A stretch of 64,000 nt of DNA, from contig OZ024742.1 of the NCBI GenBank assembly GCA_964016885.1, forward strand, positions 340,690,001 through 340,754,000, given 5' to 3'. Made by a program: the position numbers and the translations under genes. The notes under the pieces were generated by a model. It was not told where the DNA came from and did not search any database. It saw nothing but the letters and a program-made list of their open reading frames with translations. This document shows, piece by piece, positions 41,583 to 55,862 of the stretch. The stretch's first letter is position 1. Each line of letters starts with the position of its first letter. Source of the stretch: Eledone cirrhosa (lineage: Eukaryota).

Positions 41583-42456
41583 GTATTATCCCGATGGCAG
41601 AGCTCAAGCCGTTTCGACGGATATTTCTGTACTGAATTTAGTCCAGAAATATTCTTTCGTAGGGGTCATACCTTTTCCTATTTCCCACTCTACTACCCTA
41701 AGTATTGAGTACTCTGGTACGTTATGGTCCATCTGGTCCCTTACCACAATTCTTTTGTTATATATATATATATCTGTAAGTCGTTTGGAAGCCTCGACAA
41801 TGCAAATGGGTAAATCTCCGGGTAACAAGGTCCGGTGCTGGAGAGAGAGATGTAAGTGGGTGTACGTTGAGATGCGTGGTGTGTATAAGATGTGTGAGAT
41901 GTGTAGAATGAAGGGAAGAGTATAAAGGATAAAATTGAAATAACAACACAAGAGAGAGTTACCTTGGGAGAGATTTAATAGCCCCTATATATTTCGGATT
42001 CACATCCATCAACTGGGGTTTTTTTCTGGGGTGGGGGAAAAGGTTGTCTGTCGGACAAGTGCGGAACGCGTCCTTCGCTGTTTGTTGTTTTGAATATCTG
42101 AGGTATTCGGCAGAGAGCGCGTGCGCGTGAAATGGGGTCGGTCGTACAGAGGTCAGCGGCCGAATGAGGGAGTGGGATGGCGCTAGCTGTCAGTCCATTC
42201 TCTGCCTGTTTGTTAAATGTTACTGTGTGTGTGTGTGCGTGTGTTGTTGTCTCGCTTGAGTGTGTGTGTGTGTGTGCGTGTGTTGTTGCCTTGTTCCTCT
42301 GTATTGGCAGTGTAGTATCTTCGTATGCTGGAATGCTACTGTGTGTGTGTGCGTGTGTGTGTGTGGTTGTCTCGTTTGCGTGTGTGTGTGTGTGTGTGTG
42401 CGTGTGTTGTGTGTGTGTGTGTGTGCGTGTGTTGTGTGTTGAAGCAAACTTCAATA

Positions 42457-42497
<41 letters not shown>

Positions 42498-42833
42498 TTT
42501 GGGAGGGTCTTGTTGCCAATAAGAAATACATGCACCTGTTGCCACACTTCAATTTATTATAATAAATTTATAAATTTAGGAATTTATAAATTTCCGGTTG
42601 GTTGGTTGGTTCCACAACCAGGTGGTTGTTTATATATATATATATATATATAGAATAAGGAAAAGCGAAGTAGTTTCAGATGTTCAAGTCCTTTAATAAT
42701 AATTGTTTCTACTTTTGGCACAAGGTCAGCAATTACCCAGTACATTACTGGTACTTTATTTTATCGACCCCGTAAGGATGAAAGGCAAAGTTAACCTCGC
42801 CTTTCATCCTTACGGAAGTCCTTTAATAATAAT

Positions 42834-42907
42834 GCTGTGATATATATTTCAGTGACGACACTGGCCACACTGTTCTGTGTGCGAGTGTCGTGTCATCATC
42901 AGACAGC
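42834..42907 (-). ncRNA. Type I hammerhead with long stem II
   Basis: gctgt-CTGATGA-tgacacgacact...agtgtcgtcact-GAAA-tatata-TC-acagc. Confidence 0.8.
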
Positions 42908-43097
42908 TTGTTACATAATAAGGTTATGTTTCCGAGGCAATCCAAATTGGATCGACATGGGAACGGATGAATTGCGTGTTCTTGGGTTTTTCATCCGCTC
43001 CTTTTTCATTCGCTTTTCCTTATTCGATATTTACTCCGTCACTCCTATGTGGAAAAAATGCGTTGAGTGCTTGAATTGAATTGCATCAATATTTACC

Positions 43098-43194
<97 letters not shown>

Positions 43195-43603
43195 TATGGT
43201 CCTGTAAGTCCTGGTAGACTGATAGTGTCGTATTGAAATACAGCGTATCTTGGGTCTTTTAAACCTGGCGGAGCCCATCCCTCTCCGGGCCTGGGTAAAG
43301 CAGATTTCTTCAGAGGATGAAAGGTAGTGTTAACTTCGGAGATATTTGAAATCCGCAGCGAATACCATAAAGCATTCTATCCGACGTTCTTACGACGTAT
43401 ATATATATATATATATACGTTATTCCGGGTTGAATCGGAGGTAACCACAGTAAGTAAGGTACTCAATACATAGCAGAGTATAACAGTTTTAATATAGAAG
43501 AGATTCTACAGGACTAGAACTGTTTCATTCATTAGAAATCAGATTCCTGATGATTTCTAATGAATGAAACAGTTCTAGTCCTGTAGAATCTCTTCTATAT
43601 TAA

Positions 43604-43650
<47 letters not shown>

Positions 43651-43709
43651 CATATATGTATATACATATATGTACATACATATATGTACATACATATATG
43701 TACATACAT

Positions 43710-43807
<98 letters not shown>

Positions 43808-43848
43808 TAAAAAGGACGATTGATTATTCCTTCATTGCATTTATTGAT

Positions 43849-43935
43849 AGGTGACGCGCGTTTCGCCACTGATCAGCTCAAGGTTCGATCTATATCGATC
43901 CTACCCGACTCAATAATCCGCAGCTCGACGGACCT
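43849..43935 (-). ncRNA. Variant hammerhead at the 3' end of the Naiad element (family E)
   Basis: aggt-CCGTCGA-(~60 nt)-GAAA-cgcgcg-TC-acct; sister copies read CCGACGA. Confidence 0.6.
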
Positions 43936-46296
43936 TCCCAAAATGCTATAAGAAAATGAAATACTTGTTTCTACTTTAGGCACAAGGCCAGCAATTACTC
44001 AGTGCATTACTGGTACTTTATTTTATCGACCCCGTAAGGATGAAAGGCAAAGTCAACCTCGGCGGGATTTGAACTCAGATCGTAAAGGGACGTAACTATG
44101 CTTGAAAGCATGGCGTCCGACCCTCTACCGATACTGCCAATCCAGCGCACTTTAAGAAAAAAAGTCAGATATTCAAGAGTTTGACAAAATGAGTTGTTTT
44201 GATTGGTGGGAAGGGGCAAGGTGATGTACTGGCCTGTAGTGTATATGGGGGTGGGTGTGATGGTGAGATGTTGGTGACGATGGGTGGATGAGATGGGCTG
44301 TGGTGTGGTGGTGGTGGGTTGGCCTTGGCGTGTAGAGTATGTGTGGGTGTGGATGTCAGGATATGGTGGTGGTTATGGTTGCTTAGTGGGATGCGGTGTG
44401 GTATGAGGTTAGTGGGTTGTCAGTAGACGGGTTGGCGTGTGTGTGTGGGGGTGTGGTATTGGTGCCGCTGTCTATGGTAGTGGTGTTTGTGGTGGTATGG
44501 GGGATGTATTGGTGGCGTCAAGGTCAATACCTAGATACATAGCTAGTCGCTCATCGTCTGGCAGATTCTTTGTATATACGTATACGCACACACATATAGG
44601 TATATATGTGCACACATATTGTTGTATAAACACACCCACCACACAACACATACGCACATCCTTGCCCACACATATCGACACACGGTCACACACGGCCATA
44701 TGTATATGTACACACATATATGTGCGTGTGCGCGTGCGGGCACGAATATGGAGAGTGGGGGGAGTATCGTTGGGGGTGGCGAACGATGGAGATGGGGGGA
44801 AGGTGAGAGGCAATGTAGAAGGTGTTTTACATACATACGTACACACACATATACCCATACATACATATGGGTATGGGCACCTGGACTCACACTCACGTAT
44901 ACAAAATATACACATACTCACTCACACACACGTATATTCAAGCACATACATGCACACACATATATATACACACACATACACACATATATACATATATATG
45001 TATATAAATATATATATATACACATAGATATACACACACACATGTACAGACAACACAGATATACACGCACATATACACATACATGCACGCACATGAGCTC
45101 ACCTACACATATAGTCAGATTCACCCATATACCTATATGTAGACGTGCACATATACACACATACATACACATACATATAGACCCACACACATACACATAC
45201 ACATACACATACATATGTATACAGATACGTACCAACACATACACACATGTATACACCTGCGCTCACATACACACACACACATACAATAACTATGCGTACA
45301 CTCACGCACACTCATACGTCCGTATGTGTAAGAATACTTACACACCGACACACACGCTATTGTTGGTTGGGGAGTGGGGGTGTGCGTTGTTGGTGTTGGT
45401 GAAGTATGGAGTTGTGTTTTGTGGTGGTGGTGGTGGAGTTGTGAGGGACAAAAATATATATACAGGATCGAATACCGGTTAGAAGGTGTTTATGGACGTA
45501 CGGCGATGTGTGTTGTGGACATGGTGATGGTGGTGGTGCTGGGGTGATGTGTTCGACAAGATGATTGCATCATCAGAGGTTACGGTGTGTTATAGGGTAA
45601 GGCAGACGGGGGGTGGGGGGTTTATAATACAGTCGATCTGGGAGCGAAGGGTGATATGTGTTGATGATGTTAATGATAATGATTGTTGAGGTATTTGGAT
45701 GTATCTAGTGGTGGCTGTGGTTGTGTGTGCGTTCGACAGTAGAATTACAGGGTCGAATTTAGCGTGGGGTTGTAGGTTAGGGTAGACAGAGGGAACATGG
45801 GGGGTTGAGGTTGTAGGTGTGTATGGTAGGCATATGACGATGTGTGGTGTGGTGGTGGTGGCGATGGTGTGATATGATCGACATTGTATTTACAAGGTCC
45901 CTTGTCATTGTGGATTGTAAGGTAGAACGTATCATCGGATACCGATCTAATACGATGTTGCAACGATGAGGTGTGTATGTTGATGTGAACTTTGGTGGTG
46001 GTGATGGTGATGTGTGCGGCATGATATACAAATGCGGGCTTAGAAATGGTTACATGGAGTACAATACAATAAGTTCATTGAGGTGGGCGATGTTGAGACG
46101 GGGTATATGTGGTTATTAATATGGTGTGTCATGGTTAGTCTGATTTTTGGTGTGGGTTATGTATGCGGCATGATATACAAAATACGGGCTTACATATGGT
46201 TAAATGCAATACAATGAAATAAGATAAAGTAAAGTAAGATTAGAATTAAAGTTCGTTGAGATGGGCGATAGTGGTACGGGGCAGATGTGGTTATTA

Positions 46297-47865
46297 TTAT
46301 GGTGGGTCATGGTTAGTGCGTGGTCCTCCCGCGAAAGTTTGTGCAGAAAAGGTGTGCATCCTAGTGTGTCTGCAATTGACAATTATGTCCGACCTATAGT
46401 TTATGGCGGAATCAAGTTTAATTATTTCCGCCGCCTCAGCTAGGCACAATCTGCAGTGGTTTCTTTCACTGGGGATGTATGCCACGCGTCTTTTTACTGA
46501 CCACGCAATCTGGGGTTCAATATTCCTGTCCTTGAGGTCCCAGATCAGGTCGGCCAGTTTTGTTTGGGGTCGTTTCGATCTATGTTTGAAGGAGCTTCTG
46601 TGGTTATACCAGCGCTCCTTAAACGTAGTGGATGTCGCTCCTATATATGAGTACTCCTTATTGCCGGCTGTGACATCGCACCGGTAAACAATATTCTTAA
46701 CGAGGCACGCCCCGTTTAGTGGGCATTCGGCTCGTTTTTTGCAGTTGCATTTGGGTGTAACCGGTGCGGTGGCACGATGGCGGTTGGTGTCGTGTGGTGT
46801 TGGTGTGGTGTGTGTGTTGTTGTGTTGTGTTGTGTGTGTGGTTTCGTTCTGGGTTGTGGTGGTGGTTTGTTGCGGGGAAACCATGTGTTTTTGTATTTTT
46901 GCCCTATTATTGTGTGCTATTGTGTGGCCTAGGTTTGGTGCTGTGGAGAAAGAGAATTTTACGGTGTGTTTATTGAAGAGCTTGTGGTATTTGTGTGTGT
47001 GTGGAAAGGATTGTTCGAGAGCCCTGAAAAAGGTTCCCGGTATGTTAGTGGCGACGTGTATAGAATAGGGGGGGGGGGTTATACCACGTGACAGGTCTAC
47101 TTCGGTTTATGCGTTGTTTAGTGAGGTTTTTGTGGTTGGGTGGTAGTTTGTGTGTGTTTTGGTCAGGCGTATGTTTCAAATAGGTTCCAGGTAATCTATT
47201 GGCGTTATGTCCCTTGTCTCTATTGGTACGCAAACGTGTGCGATAGTCGGAGTTGTTATTGGGGCTGGAGAGTATGGCTTTATCTCCTAGACAGTTATGT
47301 GTGGTGCTGTCTGCGCTGCCGGCTAGGGGGCGTCTAAGGTTATTGTGTGTCCTATGTGTGGAGGTTTCTTCTAAGTTCGTTTCTAAGGGTCCTGCTATGT
47401 TTAGCTGTGTTACGGTTCTATTTGGGTCTATGTAAGAAATCTTCTCAGTATAACCAGCGTTTATAAGTGCGGAGACGTAGTATTCCGCGTGCTGCTTGAA
47501 GATGTTTTCGTTAGCCGACAGTGTGGACACTCTGTTGGAGACACTTTTAACTATAGAGTTAATTATGCTCTTAGGGTGGTTGGAGTGTCTATTGACGTAT
47601 CTAAGATTTCCATTAGGTTTGTGGTATGGACGGTAGAGGCCTGAGTCTAATTCTAGGGTGACGTCTAAGAAGTTAACTGTCCTATTGTTAGGTTCAATTT
47701 CTACTGCTAAACCTTGGGTCTTAAAGATGTACCTAAGTCGTTTGTGTATTCTATTCAATTGGCTGTTATTAAGTCCACGGGTCATTAGTAGGGCATCATC
47801 CCGGTATAAGCCACCGCCCAAGGAGGGGATCTCGTCCGTTAATATGTTTAGGAGGTATATGCCTA

Positions 47866-47868
<3 letters not shown>
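46297..47868 (-). pseudogene. PLE RT plus GIY-YIG endonuclease ORF, frameshifted in the G11 run at 47068-47078
   Basis: Removing one base gives WYNPP(P)YSIHVATNIPGTFF...HKLFNKHTVKFSFSTAPNL, in frame with CNCKKRAECPLNGAC...IVY...YIG...FKERWYNH...CRLCLAE...NCRH. Confidence 0.9.
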
Positions 47869-47904
<36 letters not shown>

Positions 47905-48160
47905 AAAAAATGAAATGAATTTTCATTTCTCACTCTTAGTACGGCTGTTACTTAAATATAAATATGCATACAGACGTACAGTAGTATGTATATATACATA
48001 CATGCACACATATATATTTATATGTACGTATGGGTTTACCGAACATTTATTATAATGCTCGGTTTGTTCGTAAACAAACAGCCCGAATTAAGCCGTACAG
48101 TGTTCGGCAACCATCGTTGCCCTTTTTTTCAACACTGACAAAGGAACGATTTACTAGTTT

Positions 48161-48322
<162 letters not shown>

Positions 48323-48902
48323 GAGTTTATGTTGGTTGTATACCAACACCTCAGTATGCAGGCTGGAGCACTCGACGAAGTGAGCAGGTTGGTTTGGTTA
48401 CTCCGGAGTAGTGTAAAATAAAGTTAAATAAAAGTCAAATGATTAAAATTTAGCTTCGTTTATTACTGCTATATATATTTCAGTGACAGCCATCTTTGGC
48501 TGTGACCTCTTCAGGCAGTTTGAATTAGTATGGTATAGACAAGTACATATGTTGTTTAGGTGTATGATATTGTCAATACTCTGATATGCCCAGTTCCTTG
48601 TTGGGTTGTTAATTCACTGAGAAACTGGAGTCATATATAGCAGTAATAAACGAAGCTAAATTTTAATCATTTGACTTTTATTTAACTTATATATATATAT
48701 ATAGGAACGAGTAGGACCCCGACGGCTGAGCTCAAGCCGTTTCGACGGCTAATTCTGGACTCAGTTGTCCAGAATTAGCCGTCGAAACGGCTTTAGCTCA
48801 GCCCTCGGGGTCCTACTCGTTCCTATTACCCACTCTACTACCCTAAGTATTGAGTACTTTGGTGCGTTATGGTCCACCTGGTTCCCTACCACATTTCCTT
48901 CG

Positions 48903-49035
<133 letters not shown>

Positions 49036-49557
49036 AGTGTGTGTGTGTGTGTGTTGTGTATGTGTGTGTGTATATATATATATATATATACACACACACT
49101 AGGGTGGCCATTAGCAATAGGTAATGTTCCCACCCCCTAATCCCATTTCAATCAACAAACCACGGAGTGTGCAAAAGTTTCACTTCAATCGGGCAAGTGT
49201 TAGGCGACCCTCACACGCCTAGAAGTTGTAACATAGTATATGCAACGATTAATTCTGTTCAAAAGTGGTACACTGTTCACTATTTCAACCATTATCTTTT
49301 TTCTTCTTTCAGAAATGTGTGGACACATCCAGGTAACCCCAGAAAATGTGTAAAAACGTTCTGACTGAAATTTACCAATACTTAATTTGAAAAATTCCTG
49401 CAAAAACATGAAAAACCTAAGAAATATTACCTTTTCTTAATAAAGCACACAACTTCTATAAGAGAAACGCATTTATATTTACAACAATAATTTCTATAGA
49501 ATCAAAAATATAATGTGAACACTGAACACTGAATATTGAACATTATTTTTGCATAAG

Positions 49558-49745
49558 GGCGGTGGATTGGCAGTATCGGCAGAGGATCGGACGCCATGCT
49601 TTCCAGCATAGTTACGTCCCTTTACGATCTGAGTTCAAATCCCGCCGAGGTTGACTTTGCCTTTCATCCTTACGGGGTCGATAAAATAAAGTACCAGTAA
49701 TGCACTGGGTAATTGCTGGCCTTGTGCCTAAAGTAGAAACAATTA
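49558..49745 (+). mobile_element. tRNA-derived SINE family 1 (representative copy)
   Basis: A/B-box head (TGGCAGTATCGG, GAGTTCAAATCC), core GCCTTTCATCCTTACGGGGTCGATAAAATAAAGTACCAG, AT-rich tail. Other copies at about 2684-2870, 13540-13712, 14795-14982, 18385-18600, 20174-20350, 20460-20513, 26268-26445, 34372-34535, 42700-42815, 43965-44143, 49760-49951, 56190-56372, 56376-56478, 60340-60510, 60815-60971. Confidence 0.88.
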
Positions 49746-49974
49746 TATTTGCATAAGAGGGTGGTGGATTGGCAGTATCGGTAGAGGGTTGGACGCCATG
49801 CTTTCCAGCATAGAGTTACTCCCCTTTACGATCCGAATTCAAATCCTGCCCAGGTTAACTTTGCCTTTCATCCTTACGGAGTCGATAAAATAAAGTAGCA
49901 GGAATGCACTGAGGTAATTGCTGGTCTTGTGCTAAAAGTAGAAACAATTATTTTTGCATAAGAGTTGATTTAGT

Positions 49975-50330
49975 AGCAGTTGGGTATGTTTTACGGTTTT
50001 TGGTAACGATCTGTAAAACAATTTGTTTCTCAGTTTCATCTTTTGTAAGATTGTTATTGTAATCCTGTAACATCATTCACAACAACTGTCTTCTCCAGTT
50101 TTTCAAGTCCACTTTTGTAATCAGGATCATCCTTCAATGTTGAAGGGTCTTTGTCGAGGAAATCGGTGCTGATAGAAAATCTCGTGAAAGTTTTTGTACC
50201 TGGAGTTACAAAAGACGAAAACTCGATGTTTGTTAAAGGAAGAAAAGTCATTTTGGTGCAGAATCTACCTCTTTAGTAGATCTTTTTCTTCTTCCTCTTC
50301 TTCACCTTTCTCTGGTTCCAGCATAACTTG
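49975..50330 (-). pseudogene. DNA transposase C-terminal remnant, superfamily uncertain
   Basis: FLDKDPSTLKDDPDYKSGLEKLEKTVVVND...NNLTKDETEKQIVLQIV resembles the VVNDxAER...LTKDE tail of invertebrate transposases. Confidence 0.5.
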
Positions 50331-50349
50331 AGCAATATTTGCCTTAACC

Positions 50350-50830
50350 CCTCCTTTCTCTCCTTGCTCTCCTTTTCTCATTGTTCTTTTATCCTTGCAC
50401 TCCTTTTCTTATTGCTCTCCTTGCTCTCCTTTTATCCCTGCTCTCCTTGCTCTCCTTTTCTCCTTGCTCTCCTTGCTCGCCTTTGCTTCCTCCTCTCCTT
50501 GCTCTCCTTTTCTCTTTCCTCTCCCTTTTCCTCCCTCTCCTTGCTCTCCTTACACCCCTTTATCCTTGCTCACCTTTTCTCATTGCACTCATTGCTCTCC
50601 TTGCTCTCCTTGCTCTCCTTGCTCTCCTTTTATCCTTACTCTCCTTGCTCTCCTTTTCTCATTGATCTCCTTGCTCTCCTTGCTCTCCTTTTATCCTTAT
50701 ACTCCTTACTCTCCTTTTCTCTTTCATCTTCTTGCTCTCCTTTTATCCTTACTCTCCTTGCTCTCCTTTTATCCTTGCATTCCTTGCTCTCCTTTTATAC
50801 CTGCTCTCCTTGCTCTCCCTTTCTCCTTGT
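50350..50830. repeat. Degenerate pyrimidine-rich 9-bp satellite
   Basis: CCTTGCTCT units interspersed with CCTTTTAT and CCTTTTCT. Confidence 0.9.
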
Positions 50831-50946
50831 ATCTATGTACTTGTTTATATACAAATACAATGAGTAAATGGGAGCAAGAAGAAATATGAAAGCAAGGATT
50901 GTAATGGAGAGTATATATATATACATATATATATAGAGAGATACAT

Positions 50947-50983
<37 letters not shown>

Positions 50984-50999
50984 GGAGAGAGAGAGATAC

Positions 51000-51065
<66 letters not shown>

Positions 51066-51099
51066 TACATATCATATATATATACATATATATATATAC

Positions 51100-51221
<122 letters not shown>

Positions 51222-53361
51222 GATTCTACAGGACTAGAACTATTTCATTCTTTAGAAATCATCTGATGATGATTTCTAAATGATCAGTGGGGGTCAGTCA
51301 AGGTAGATAGATTTAAAGGAAAGGGAGATTCTTTAAAAGCTAAATTCTTTAAGGTTCTACTAAGTGACAAAGGTTTAGAGAATTCTGTAGACAAATTCAA
51401 AATATTGAGTGCATATCATACAATTATCTTCAAACTGACTGACCCCCACTGATCTTATAGACACCTGTTAGCTTAAGAGAAACTTAATAATAAGGAGTGG
51501 CACCCCATCCTGAACCTGTTTATAGAATTCTTTCTGCCTTTGTTACTCTAAAAATAAAAATAAATTATAGCTTTGTAGAATTAGCTTTTAATGAATTCCC
51601 TTTTCTATCAACCAATGACCTACACCCATCCCACTCCCCACCCTCTCCTACCACTTGTAGAGACCTATAAATACCATACTTATTTTTTGATACCCAGATT
51701 CCTGATGATTTCTAAAGAATGAAACAGTTCTAGTCCTGTAGAATCTCATCTATATTAAAACTATATATATATATATATATATTTAATACAATAACAGAGA
51801 TAGTTTAAAGCTAAACTCTGACTGGTAACCATCTCACTCAACAAACATTAGGTTATATTCAAATATAAACCCAATTTAAGTGTTTGGGGTGCTAACAATA
51901 TGTATAATGTGGAAAAAACCAGTTGTATTATTTTATGAGATATAATTAAAATTAAAGTTAAAGTATATCTCTCTTTCCAAACAATTGTTTCATTATAAGT
52001 TTTCTACAAGTTTGGGAGAACGTTTCCAGTTTATGTAGAAGCCTAATATATATTCATGTAAGAATATATTTAGGTGGGCACTTATAAATCGTCAGTGGAA
52101 GCCCATTAAACATTGATATAAGAAAACAATTTCTTACCGCTGTCAAAAATCATGTCCGTAAAGTTGGTCTCTCTCACCTCGAATGACCGCTAAATTTGAA
52201 ATTCCAGCAGTTTTTGACTGAGGAAGTATCATAGCGACACGAAGCGGGAAGGGGAGACAACCCACGAAATTAGGAAAAAAATAATAATATACACGCGGGT
52301 TAATTAGTTTTTTTGAAAACATTATCAATCCAACGTGTTTAAGAACTCAATTGAAAATAAAAAAATTATATATGCTTGTATAGATTACACACATATATAG
52401 ATATTTTCTTAGGCTAAATCAGAAGTTGTACCCGAATAAGAACCGCTTCTCATAACCGCAGTAAATGCAGAAAGTTATGCTATCAAGGGCAAATGGGAAT
52501 ATAATTCTATATATATATATATATATAAGTATTGAAATTTCCGTTGAAAACAGAAAAGGTCATAGAAGTGAAGAGTGCTCTATGTAAGTACCAGAGCAAA
52601 ATTTAATGTATAAAAATCAATACAATATAATTACCTCATTACCAGATGTTTCCCGAATGAGGCGAATACGAAAGAAACGTCTTCATTCGTTCGTCAGACG
52701 AGGCAATATAAAACATGGTAAATACTTGGAAAGTCTCATCAAGAAAAAAAAAAAAAAAAAAAATTATATAAATATAGACAAAGGAATTACAATAGCCTAT
52801 GAAATATATAAAAATCTTTCAAGAAATATAGTTAGGTGTGTGTATATGTATGTATATACGCTCACGGATGTACATATGTCTGTGTGTACAAATGTGTACG
52901 TATAGTGAAAAAGTGTGCGTAAATATGTATGTTAGGGCAAGTGTATTCGCGTATTTATAACTACAGACAGACATGATGTGATTGTGTGTTTGGCAGGTAC
53001 ACAGAAAAAAACAGGGTATTAGATACATTATAAGAATATGAAGGCACGCGTATAAACACACCCACACGCATGTTTTTTTTCTGTGTACCTGCCAAACACA
53101 CAATCACATCATCTCTGTCTGTAGTTATAAATACGCGAATACACTTGCCCTAACATACATATTTACGCACACTTTTTCACTATACGTACACATTTGTACA
53201 TACACACATATGTACATCCGTGAGCGTATATACATACATATACACACGCCTAACTATATTTCATATGGCTATTGTAATTCCTTTGTCTATATTTATATAA
53301 TTTTTTTTTTTTTTTTTTCTCTTGATGAGACTTTCCAAGTATTTAGCCATGTTTTATATTG

Positions 53362-53431
53362 CCTCGTCTGACGAACGAATGAAGACGTTTCTTTCGTATT
53401 CGCCTCATTCGGGAAACCTCTGGTAATGAGG
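53362..53431 (+). ncRNA. Type I hammerhead (inverted copy at 52634-52703)
   Basis: cctcgt-CTGACGA-acgaatga...tcattcgg-GAAA-cctctgg-TA-atgagg. Confidence 0.8.
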
Positions 53432-53676
53432 TAATTATATTGTATTGATTTTTATACATTATATATATATATATAACAAAGGAATTGTGGTAAGGAACCA
53501 GATGGACCATAACGCACCAGAATACTCAATACTTAGGGTAGTAGAGTGGGTAATAGGAAAAAGTATGACCCCGACGGCAGAGCTCAAGCCGTTTCGACGG
53601 GTATTTCTGGACTATTTCAGTCCAGAAATAGCCGTCGAAACGGCATGAGCTCTGCCGTCTGGGTCATACTTTATCC

Positions 53677-53707
<31 letters not shown>

Positions 53708-53734
53708 ATATGTACCTATATATATATATATGTA

Positions 53735-54001
<267 letters not shown>

Positions 54002-54236
54002 CTATTTATATATATATACACAATGGCAATGAGAATTATTCTTGTGACTAAAGACAGACACAACAGCTGTTTGATGACCGCTACTTACAGCAGCAGCTCC
54101 TTCATTTCAATGTAATTAGTATATATTTTGTAACCACTGTATATACATATATATATATGCGTGTATGTGTATATGTGTGTATGTGTGTGTGCGTGTGTGC
54201 ATGTATGTATGTGTGCGTGTGCGTGTGCGTGTGCGT

Positions 54237-54286
<50 letters not shown>

Positions 54287-54481
54287 TTAAACACATACAT
54301 ATATATTCATATATATATATATATAAATAAAGGATTCATTTCTTAACACAATCATTTAAGCAGCATGTAAAGTGATCTGCAGTGACTGTTATATACACAA
54401 TGTCTGTATCGAGATTGTATGATATTTTGTTTGTCTGAATATGTATATTTGTGATTGTGTGTACCTGCATTATACCTCCAT

Positions 54482-54520
<39 letters not shown>

Positions 54521-55330
54521 AAAAGTGTCAGGACCAAGACGGCTGAGCTCCGGCCGTTTCGACATCTAGCTGTGACGGAGCTCAGACGTCGGGGTCCTGA
54601 CTCTTTTCCTATTACCCACTCTTCTACCCTAGGTATCGAGTACTCTGGTGCGTTATGGTCCACACTTACTTCGTTATATATATATATATATAAAAACATC
54701 AGAAGAATTGAGTGCTGCGTGGTTGCATATGGGTTACATATGAAAAAAATAGTCCTTCATCAGTGATTTTCCAACCTTCATTGGTATTTCATCGCTTTAA
54801 AAATCATATACCTCCAGTTGGTGCGAGCAATAGCTAAATAAAGCTATTGGAACAAGTAAATCGCGTAAAGCGAGCGAGACAAGTAAATAAACATATAAGG
54901 TATAGCAACGGAAAGATAGAAAAAAACAAGCACATGGTATCCGTTCAGCTTAAGCTGGGTGAATTTCATGGGCGAGAGATATAGCAGACCGTCCGATGCG
55001 AGTGAAGTGTGAGCGAGAAAGGACCCCACACAGGCCAAAAGGGAGGATGTGAGAAGGGGAGAAGCAGAGAGTGAGTGAGTGGAAGTGTGAGGAAGAGGCC
55101 AGTGGTAGAACACTGGAAGGTAATATCCGTGGTGGCAGAGCACTCAGTCCATGGGACGAGTTAGGTAGAAGTGGTTACACAACAGTAGGTTCACCATACC
55201 GAGAACAATTGTTTCACCTTAGCGGATCCTCAGCTCGTAATGGACGTATAACCATGTCCATTACGAGCTGAGGATCTGCTAAGGTGAAACAAATGTTCTC
55301 GGTATGGTGAACTTACTGTTGTGTAACCAC

Positions 55331-55394
<64 letters not shown>

Positions 55395-55795
55395 AATTTA
55401 TTTATTTACAGTACACACCCATAATAAATTGGATCATAGAAAATTTAATTATCAGCAGCGGCACGTCTGAGGGGGGGGGAGGCCAGTGAGGTGTAGGAGG
55501 TGAGTTTTATTGTAGTACAATAAAGCAATGCAGATATCGGATAAGAAGCACTCTACAGTTTGTAGGACTGGAGTATACATAATATAAGATCAAAAGATGG
55601 TTAAAGGAGTTCCATGTATTTTATTATGCGCATTTCAAAAACAAACATCATCATGCAATAATATTTGTGTTTTCATCAGATAAAACAGGAGAACATGATA
55701 TGAAGGCTAAAAAACACTTGTGGATAGTGCAGTTTTAAATCAACATATCTGCACTATCCACAAGTGTTTTTTAGCCTTCATATCATGTTCTCCTG

Positions 55796-55862
55796 TTTTA
55801 TCTGATGAAAACACAAATATTATTGCATGATGATGTTTGTTTTTGAAATGCGCATAATAAAA
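55796..55862 (+). ncRNA. Minimal type I hammerhead (inverted copy at ~55619-55686)
   Basis: ttttat-CTGATGA-aaacacaaatattatt...gatgatgtttgttttt-GAAA-tgcgca-TA-ataaaa. Confidence 0.82.

Larger units (their letters stand above)
43805..47868 (-). mobile_element. 5'-truncated Penelope-like retroelement, Naiad type, with a long 3' UTR and terminal HHR
   Basis: RT (GGGLYRDD, VNFLDVTL, YHKP, SNHP, WYNPP) and GIY-YIG; 5' end at (TA)n; the 3' UTR matches 15005-15682, which also ends in the same HHR family. Confidence 0.85.

Noticed and set aside
46735-46752. Selenocysteine-containing Naiad zinc finger
   Set aside because: The codons are TGC-AAC-TGC with no in-frame TGA
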